From positions 1-11,687 of the forward strand of contig CALISW010000148.1 in assembly GCA_938041655.1 (NCBI GenBank): DNA of 11,687 bases, given 5' to 3'. Positions 5,043-11,687 of the stretch are shown here, in pieces. The position numbers were made by a program, and so were the translations under genes. The notes beneath the pieces are model-generated. The model saw nothing but the letters and a program-made list of their open reading frames with translations. It had not been told where the DNA came from and ran no database searches. The stretch's first letter is position 1; every line of letters begins with the position of its first letter. Source of the stretch: an uncultured Thiotrichales bacterium. Lineage in GTDB: Bacteria; Pseudomonadota; Gammaproteobacteria; CAZUMV01.

Positions 5043-5585
5043 ATGATAAATATAGATCGCAAAACATCTCCTTTTCAGAATACTAGTTTCGAGATATTTG
5101 TAAAGTCTCATGGCTGGCATTTTGATTGCCATGACGAGAAGTCATTGTTACTGAAAACTATTTCAGTAAATAATATTCAATTGAAAGATATCCTTCACAG
5201 CAATAATCCAGTGGTATGGAATGATGAAATCACTTCTGGGTTAGAGGGGCTTCGAGATGAAGGATTTATTCTACTTGATGCTCAGGTTCTACGTACATTA
5301 ATGAAGTTACAATCTCTTCCAAAAGAATGGGCGGAAATCGCAGATTCTGATTGGATTGGTGGGGGCTCTATCAGGTTTGATGGGAGTATCATTACTTCAT
5401 CAAATGATCCATCTTTTAGAAGAGTATTCAGTCCCATGTTTAGTCGTGGCATATGGATGTTAGGAACAAATGATGTGCTGTTCAGCCCAGATGAGATACG
5501 TAGGTATGAAGAATCTGAAAATCCTGTAAACCCACGACATTTCCGTCAGCTTACTGCTGTTATAAATCCATCGCTATGCATTTAG
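5043..5585 (+). CDS. Hypothetical protein (180 aa), no recognisable motifs
   Basis: Long ORF in an AT-rich region. The start position is uncertain. Confidence 0.4.
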   Translation: MINIDRKTSPFQNTSFEIFVKSHGWHFDCHDEKSLLLKTISVNNIQLKDILHSNNPVVWNDEITSGLEGLRDEGFILLDAQVLRTLMKLQSLPKEWAEIADSDWIGGGSIRFDGSIITSSNDPSFRRVFSPMFSRGIWMLGTNDVLFSPDEIRRYEESENPVNPRHFRQLTAVINPSLCI

Positions 5586-6163
5586 AAATGTGGTACGACA
5601 GTCATTCGTCTAGGTCGGATTGCAAAGCACCCTATCGGTATAGATGTTTTGCGTAGCCGTTACCTTTTTCGGGAGCATTTCTTAAAAAGAGTATTTAAAC
5701 CCTATTGAAGTTATCGAACTTGAAGGATTCGAGTTTGTAATTCTTCAAGATTTTTTGCACGATAAAATCGTAGGGCAAGGTTTAGATTTTAGGAATAGTA
5801 AGTTAGGAATTATCGATACCCCAACGACAACATAATCATAATTTCTGCCATTATACTATAACTTCTTCGGGTATGATCGGATAAAGATTTGGATTTTTCT
5901 CTAATAACAAAGGTGAATATACGAAATATTCGGCGGCCGAAATTGTCGAAAAATTTTGCTACTCTCTAGAGAATGGAAGGAAGTTGAACCTGAATTTTGA
6001 AATAGAGAAAATGAAATTCAAATCAAAAGAATTGATTATCGCAATCGATGATACGACCATGACCTGGTTGATTTTATCTCGCACAAAATAGCTCAGATCG
6101 CATAAAGGCGTTAGTGATCAGTCATTCTGGCTACTTTTCTAATATACGGAACTACTTTCGATT

Positions 6164-6544
6164 ATGGAGTCAAGAACGACAGCACAGGTTGCTGGCGAAT
6201 CATTTTCATTACTCACTGGGTTGGATTTAGTGGATAACCACCTAGATGAAGAATCGCCACAGAGGGATGAGCCTAGCTCTGTAGAAAAGAGTGAGATATA
6301 TAATGAATATCGTAACTATGAAGAGCTATTACCGTGGCCCAGCGTAGAAAAGGGCACCGCTTGGTGGGCGGATAATTCAGCTATGTTCCATGGAGATAAA
6401 GGATATCTGGCGGGTTCAGAAATCACGCTAGAAAATCTAAACGAAGTACTAAAAATAGGAACTCAAACCCAGCGTTATGCTGCAACTTTAGAATTAGCGA
6501 GAATAAAGCCTAATGATTCTGTAATAGATACCCAAGTTTTTTAG
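6164..6544 (+). CDS. Hypothetical protein (126 aa), acidic N-terminus
   Basis: Only an ORF call; no recognisable motif. Confidence 0.4.
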   Translation: MESRTTAQVAGESFSLLTGLDLVDNHLDEESPQRDEPSSVEKSEIYNEYRNYEELLPWPSVEKGTAWWADNSAMFHGDKGYLAGSEITLENLNEVLKIGTQTQRYAATLELARIKPNDSVIDTQVF

Positions 6545-6656
6545 GATAATCACTATCTTGGGTAAACTGTACTAATTCAGACTTGATCTGATACATCGCT
6601 TGAATTTTTGGAATCGTAGTGATCGTAGGTAACAGATTGCGTGCCTAATAATGCAT

Positions 6657-7271
6657 CTATTGTGCTACCTGAACTGTTGGATTAAACCGATAGTGCCCCG
6701 TGATTGTTGCGGTAAACAACATATCTTCTAACTTGGGTCCTGAGCCGATGTTGTGAACAATAAGTGGGTTACCTGAAGCTGTAGATAACGTGTCAGAAAC
6801 AATACCAATATGTGGTAGGTTACCTACTAACGACCAAGTAACAATATCCCCTGCTTTGTAATCTGATGAATTACTAGATACTGGAAGTTTTTGACCGTGT
6901 CTCTCGAAGAATACCGCTAAATTTGGAACACGGCGGTGGTCAATATTTCTATCAGTTTTATTCATACCCCAAATGCGTTTTGATGGATATTCGGAAAAAG
7001 CACGAGTCATATCCTCATGGACTAGAGCTTGTAAATCAACGCCCAAGCTTCGATAGGATCGAATAACCACATCCGTACAGACACCAATATTTGAAGGTAC
7101 ATCACCGTTAGGATAATCAATAACCCTGTACCTACCGTCATAAGTAATATTTTGCGTAGTTCTATATAATGCAGCTTCAACTAAATCCTCTTCAAAACCA
7201 GCCCAAACAAAGGTTATGAAAACCGAGGATAAAACAATAAATATGCCTTGGTATATAAACTTAATATTCAT
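6657..7271 (-). CDS. Secreted DUF1287-like protein (204 aa)
   Basis: N-terminal signal peptide MNIKFIYQGIFIVLSSVFITFVWA. Motifs YDGRYRVIDYPNGDVPSNIGVCTDVVIRSYR and LVHED, as I recall them for the DUF1287 family. Confidence 0.6.
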   Translation of the reverse strand: MNIKFIYQGIFIVLSSVFITFVWAGFEEDLVEAALYRTTQNITYDGRYRVIDYPNGDVPSNIGVCTDVVIRSYRSLGVDLQALVHEDMTRAFSEYPSKRIWGMNKTDRNIDHRRVPNLAVFFERHGQKLPVSSNSSDYKAGDIVTWSLVGNLPHIGIVSDTLSTASGNPLIVHNIGSGPKLEDMLFTATITGHYRFNPTVQVAQ

Positions 7272-7365
7272 AACGAAGCATGAAATAGTTCCGAAAAGGG
7301 GTTAACGTTTTTGGAATCGTTCTGATTGAAAGGAGCATTTTCGCGCCTGCTTATTTGTTGAATTT

Positions 7366-8454
7366 TCAATGATTGTACAGTAACCAATTATTAGCAGCTA
7401 TAATGGCCGGATCCAGATTCATCGCCAGCTCTGGTGAAAAACTTATGTGCTCATCTGGCTGCAAATTCTTATTAAAAACAATATTGTTTCTGTCCGCATA
7501 ATAGCTCACGGCAATTGACATAATTAGCTCTTCACCAATGCTTTCCCAATTTGTGACCGTCGTAAGACCTCCTGTAGGCTCACCGAAGAATCTTGAATTA
7601 GAACGCCCCTTAAAGGTAGTTGCCACCGCTTCGCCTGAGCTCACTGTGTAGCGACTGATAAGCACAGCAACATCCGCATCACAGGGGATATCATTCGAAA
7701 CAGGCAATGGGATCTCATTATAGTCGCGAAGGTAAAAATTACCTGCCTTCATCAACCAATTCCCAATGATTTCACCCTTAGCGTTAGCCTCACCACCGAC
7801 CACTCCATTGCAGAGTAAAGGACCTAAGCCAGCCATCATCGGGTGCATGTTTCCACCCATGTTATAGCGGAGATCAAGGATCCAGTTTTTTGCACCTTTT
7901 TTCGCAAGTAGCTCTAAGTTGGATCTAATTGAGATAGCGTGCTCATTTAAATCTTCACCAGAGAAAATTCCTTTAATTTTTATATATCCGGTATGATCAC
8001 CCAGTAATTCAAAATGATGCTCATGCTCCAAGTTGAATCGATGCACAATACTCTGATCTATAGTTCGACTATCTCTATTCCGTTCATTACCCCATTCTGT
8101 AAAATGGGCAAACACTTGGTTATCGTAAAAAAAGCGCGCATGCGGGTCTCGAAGATGATTTAGCGCCGTACTCAAGGGTCTTTTCATATCTTCTTTTGTC
8201 TGAATATCTGCGATCTGCTGTTCCAACTCTTCTTCGATCGCAACCCAGTCGACATCACTAGTAAAAAGAGACTGCGCCTTGAGTTCCACAAGCGCGGATC
8301 GTACGAGCTGTTTGCGCGCCTGAATTGCAGTGGTAATATTTTGATCAGAAGTTTGATTGAGTTCAGTCGGCGGCTCCAAAGGAGCATTAACCGACTCTGC
8401 ACAGCCACCTAAGAATGCAACAAATAGAACACTTGATAACACTACTAGTTTCAT
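7366..8454 (-). CDS. S41-family peptidase, lipoprotein. The likely true start is the internal Met at 8454 (MKLVVLSSVLFVAFLGGC lipobox); the ORF track extends to 8640.
   Basis: S41 catalytic-serine region VLISRYTVSSGEAVATTFKG. GAGAGG RBS 6-7 nt upstream of ATG 8454. The N-terminal 62 aa of the longer ORF are not protein-like. Confidence 0.75.
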   Translation of the reverse strand: MKLVVLSSVLFVAFLGGCAESVNAPLEPPTELNQTSDQNITTAIQARKQLVRSALVELKAQSLFTSDVDWVAIEEELEQQIADIQTKEDMKRPLSTALNHLRDPHARFFYDNQVFAHFTEWGNERNRDSRTIDQSIVHRFNLEHEHHFELLGDHTGYIKIKGIFSGEDLNEHAISIRSNLELLAKKGAKNWILDLRYNMGGNMHPMMAGLGPLLCNGVVGGEANAKGEIIGNWLMKAGNFYLRDYNEIPLPVSNDIPCDADVAVLISRYTVSSGEAVATTFKGRSNSRFFGEPTGGLTTVTNWESIGEELIMSIAVSYYADRNNIVFNKNLQPDEHISFSPELAMNLDPAIIAANNWLLYNH

Positions 8455-9099
8455 AGAAACCTCTCTGAGAACGCTTGCTACGTTAAATATAATATCATGC
8501 CTCTGAACAATTTCATGCTGTCGAGAAAACACCAAGATACCCTTCGAACCCAACTTATTAGCGTGAGAAACTGAGCGCCTCGACTTCTGATGTCTCAATA
8601 GACCGCATCCATTGTTTTTTCGGTACCGTTTCGAAAGCATTATGATTTAGATGCGAAGATCGTTCTCTTTAACCATAAGCATTCATCAGACCAAGCGTTG
8701 GTTAAGGCACAAAACCCTTATTATCGGAATGAGCTACCTAAAGAAGATAATGGAAAAATTTGCTTCAATGGTCTATTGAAAGGCAGTTCTAATGCGCGCT
8801 GTCTTAGAATTAAGATATAACAAACGGACGAGATATAACATTCGCTAGCTATAACTTGTTAACAGTCTCTATGAAAGTCTTAATTTATAAGGCTAATACT
8901 GGATGGTTGTGAAAATTACATACCCTGTCCTTGTAACCGAATAACCGACAGCTAACCTAAAAGTTGTCTGTATATTGACAAGCAGAAAAAGTGAAGATCA
9001 ATTCACTAAGAGCGCACTAAAGTATGAGCCTGATCACGGTTTAATTCCTATTCATTCTTTACATTGTCTGCAATAAAAAATTATCATTTGGAGAAAAAT

Positions 9100-9498
9100 A
9101 TGGGTCTACCCGAAAAGCGTGTTATAGCAAGTGTTGAAAGTGATCTTTTTCCTGGTATGAAGGAATGGATTGTTGAATTTTCAGGTCAAGAAATACCATT
9201 CGAAGCTGATTATGAAAGTCTTGGTAGCTTCTCTGATCAAGAGCATTTAAACAGTTCTAATGATTTTTGTGACCGTGTGTTTCGGGATTTTTTCATTGGC
9301 CTTGCTGATGTCTGTTCAGATGAAGCTGGTAAAGCAGCGTTTTTTGAGAAGGTCGAAAACATCTATTTCAAATGCAAAGATACTAATCCTACTGTGAGTA
9401 TTGATGATAAAACTATGAATGTTGGAATGACATATTTAGATGAGTCATCACGCCCATCACGCTCTGAATACGTTGCTATGATCGAAGAGCTATTATAG
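9100..9498 (+). CDS. Hypothetical small acidic protein (~132 aa)
   Basis: GGAG RBS 7 nt before ATG 9100. The ORF track starts earlier, at 9064. Confidence 0.45.
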   Translation: MGLPEKRVIASVESDLFPGMKEWIVEFSGQEIPFEADYESLGSFSDQEHLNSSNDFCDRVFRDFFIGLADVCSDEAGKAAFFEKVENIYFKCKDTNPTVSIDDKTMNVGMTYLDESSRPSRSEYVAMIEELL

Positions 9499-9513
9499 AA
9501 AATTCGATACTTA

Positions 9514-9954
9514 TTAATTGTAGTAGCTCAGACCCGGTCTGAACATTACCGATTTATACGGAAGCCAGTATTGTAATTTCAAGTTAGCATAACTCTTTTT
9601 ACCTGGATGGGTTCGCTCAGTTATGTAATTCAGCCGCCATTCTTCAAGATCGATTTGCAAGTTATTAATATTAGTGTGGGTCTTCTTACCTAATATTACC
9701 TGATAAAACTTCTGCAGGATGCTCTTGTGGTGGCCTATCGATAACACCATTAGTTTACAACGTCTTCACTTTGGCCCGGTGTCGACACAAATGTTGCACT
9801 TCGTGACGTATGTATAGGTACCTCGAAAAGTCTTTTCATGGTTTGGTGCGGCACGGCACAGGACATCAAGAATAACGTTGTTGCGATTGAACTTTAGAAT
9901 CTGGACATAATATTGGATTCGATCAAGGCTCGAGCTCAATGAATTTGCGTCCAA
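9514..9954 (-). pseudogene. Decayed C-terminal fragment of an rve (DDE integrase-core) transposase of IS481/IS3 type, frameshifted
   Basis: Two adjacent minus-strand ORFs in different frames. 9954-9766 carries …ILKFNRNNVILDV…, which resembles the integrase-core consensus …ERFNRTLK…. 9750-9514 carries …LEEWRLNYITERTHPG…, which resembles W…YN.ERPH.ALG. Confidence 0.4.
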
Positions 9955-10417
9955 ATTCTTCGAGGAGTGTGTTTTGGATGTTATTTAGAAAAGCGGCGTG
10001 AGCTTCCCTGCCAATATCTTTAGTCATTATTTCAACTCGTATATAGGATTTTTGGTGTAATGGCGAAACGCTAAGTCTTAGCATTGGTATTTTTCCTGCA
10101 TTTTTTAGCGATTTCATGCATAACCTTTGAGGTCCATATTTTGACCAATGTTTATCGCAGTCATAGGTTTCCATGTCATTTTGATTTCCCCAATTCTCAA
10201 TTACATCGGTGACGAAAATCTTTTTATCTCGTTGGGCGATGACTCTTATCGTGTTGTGACGCACACTACCCAACTCTATTATAGACCGGAAAATCAAAAC
10301 TGATCCGACGCTTGTTGAGTAGAGTGCTCTCTTCATTGACGGGAAAGACCAGATTATCATCACGGATGCGATAGCGATTCCTATGAGTAACTTCCTTATT
10401 GAGCCGATTTTATTCAT
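9923..10417 (-). CDS. Hypothetical protein with an N-terminal transmembrane anchor (164 aa)
   Basis: Hydrophobic segment LLIGIAIASVMIIWSF near the N-terminus. No other motif. Confidence 0.4.
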   Translation of the reverse strand: MNKIGSIRKLLIGIAIASVMIIWSFPSMKRALYSTSVGSVLIFRSIIELGSVRHNTIRVIAQRDKKIFVTDVIENWGNQNDMETYDCDKHWSKYGPQRLCMKSLKNAGKIPMLRLSVSPLHQKSYIRVEIMTKDIGREAHAAFLNNIQNTLLEEFGRKFIELEP

Positions 10418-10478
10418 TTCGGTTTTATACCTATATATTATTAACTGCTGTACGAAAGTGATTCGGTCAAAGTATCTT

Positions 10479-10844
10479 TTATATGATCGCTTTAAGAGTC
10501 TTTAATACACTACCTATTTTTGTAGTAATGCCATTTATAGTAGCTACGTCTTTTATTGGGTTCAGTATAAGCTCGTATTCCGTGTTAATACTTGGGTAAC
10601 GAGCAAGCACTAACATAATTGAGCTTATAGTTTCTTTGGCGGACAATAAATGCCATACGTCGCCTTCAAGACTGAGAATTTCAGTGTTCGAAACTGTGTC
10701 AAATATTACCGGTGCATCAATCCAATGAGACATCCTCATTTCATGAGAAACGGTTGTCAGCTCATACCTTCCGTTATGCAGATATCTTTTACTATTCATT
10801 CTGGTTTCCTGCCAGTTTCCTTCAGGTTTAAGAAGTCTCCGCAA
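10479..10844 (-). CDS. Hypothetical protein (121 aa)
   Basis: ORF only. Confidence 0.35.
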   Translation of the reverse strand: MRRLLKPEGNWQETRMNSKRYLHNGRYELTTVSHEMRMSHWIDAPVIFDTVSNTEILSLEGDVWHLLSAKETISSIMLVLARYPSINTEYELILNPIKDVATINGITTKIGSVLKTLKAII

Positions 10845-10973
10845 GTTTCTTTTTCCCGAAGTAGGTATAGACTTTGCATAAGACTTAACTCGATTACTCG
10901 AAGGCGTTTAAGGGCTTCAAAAAATACTCACAGCGTTTATAGAAAACGCTAGTTTACACTTGGCTAAGGAGCC

Positions 10974-11201
10974 TCAATAAACAAGGCCTACAATCTGACT
11001 TATTGAGATCAAGAGAGTTCTTGCATCGTAGTTGTCGCCTTCCAGTTCACTGAGCTGAATTGTGTCGGGTGATTTTGCTTCTCCCACATTTAACACACCA
11101 GTCATTGCATGACCCGTTGCCAAGAAAATTGTCACGTGTTTGCCATTTGATTTTCTAATGTAATAACTAATTGGCTGTTGCGATGAAAATTCAAAACTCA
11201 T
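10974..11201 (-). CDS. Hypothetical small protein (75 aa) downstream of nadV, possibly a beta-rich Sm-like fold
   Basis: ORF only, with alternating hydrophobic pattern (HVTIFLATGHAMTGVL…TLLISISQIVGL). Confidence 0.3.
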   Translation of the reverse strand: MSFEFSSQQPISYYIRKSNGKHVTIFLATGHAMTGVLNVGEAKSPDTIQLSELEGDNYDARTLLISISQIVGLVY

Positions 11202-11342
11202 GGGGTTCTCGAAATTTGGGGAAAAGGATTTTGACTATATTTGAATCTAGCATATCAAAATGTGATGAATGTCGAAGGTTTACTTGCGTGGCTCCAACAA
11301 TTGGAGACGTCCCTGTCTCAATTGTTGCTTGGTTTTTATAGC

Positions 11343-11687
11343 CTAACCGTCTCTACTGACCACCCGTTCTCTAATATCAGAGAAATTCTCGTCGCGTAGA
11401 AGTTTGCCATCTATGAATACTGGCTCAAGCATATTTTTAAAGGTACCGAGCTCGGATTCTCTGATGGTTCTGATATCATTCGCATCTTTAATGACAGCGA
11501 GCTTGCCTTTTTTGGAGCGCTTCCCTTTATCTGTGATCGGATCTTTAAAGACATCTCTCCATTCACCATTTACTCTGATAGCGGAAGCTTTCATGGCAAA
11601 CTTCATAGTGTCTCTATCGACCTTCTGTAATAACTCCCCACCCATACCGAAGGCGACATTATCGGCTGCCAAGCCGCGCTCATTCAT
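11343..11687 (-). CDS. nadV: Nicotinamide phosphoribosyltransferase (NAMPT/NadV), C-terminal 114 aa. The 5' part lies beyond the window end.
   Basis: …ADNVAFGMGGELLQKVDRDT…FKDPITDKGKRSKKGKL… matches the conserved NAMPT C-terminus (human …[20 protein letters not shown]…VFKDPVADPNKRSKKGRL…). The Met at 11687 is internal. Confidence 0.85.
   Translation of the reverse strand: MNERGLAADNVAFGMGGELLQKVDRDTMKFAMKASAIRVNGEWRDVFKDPITDKGKRSKKGKLAVIKDANDIRTIRESELGTFKNMLEPVFIDGKLLRDENFSDIRERVVSRDG

Noticed and set aside
8184-8408. 74-aa minus-strand ORF nested in the S41 peptidase gene (other frame)
   Set aside because: It lies in an alternate frame of a supported CDS with no independent signal.
8455-8640. 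N-terminal 62-aa extension of the S41 peptidase ORF
   Set aside because: The extension is non-protein-like. A lipoprotein signal peptide with a good RBS begins at the internal Met (8454). The longer ORF is an upstream in-frame artefact.
10650-10952. 100-aa plus-strand ORF
   Set aside because: It overlaps the minus-strand 121-aa ORF and has no RBS. Neither is strongly supported, but the minus-strand one fits the local gene orientation.
1-11687. CRISPR arrays or integron attC sites
   Set aside because: There are no regularly spaced direct repeats. The repetitiveness in 940-4317 is explained by tRNA paralogy.

Overview
The first ~4.4 kb of this window is a dense tRNA-gene array region. It contains the 3' part of an rtcB RNA-ligase gene (5' end outside the window) followed by a terminator. 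A first tRNA cluster follows with Lys-TTT, Gly-GCC, Val-TAC, a CAT tRNA and a tRNA 3'-fragment. An SPFH/band-7 protein gene sits between the clusters. The second cluster has CAT, Arg-ACG, Gln-TTG, a Trp-CCA-like tRNA with a miniaturised D-arm, Cys-GCA and Arg-TCT. It continues with three tandem paralogous Leu-anticodon tRNAs (TAG, CAA, TAA) that lack the long variable arm, a tRNA apparently split by a ~133-nt insertion, and a type-II Leu-GAG tRNA with C33. An HNH endonuclease gene follows the arrays. The remaining ~6.7 kb looks AT-richer by eye and accessory-like. It holds four ORFs of unknown function, a DUF1287-like secreted protein and an S41 lipoprotein peptidase on the minus strand, a decayed rve-type transposase remnant, and, at the right edge, the 3' end of a nicotinamide phosphoribosyltransferase (NadV) gene. 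The combination of RtcB, large non-canonical tRNA arrays, HNH and NadV is what is seen in large phages and mobile elements that counter tRNA-cleaving and NAD-depleting host defences. The atypical tRNAs are the most novel signal here. All tRNA calls were folded by hand and need confirmation with tRNAscan-SE or Infernal.
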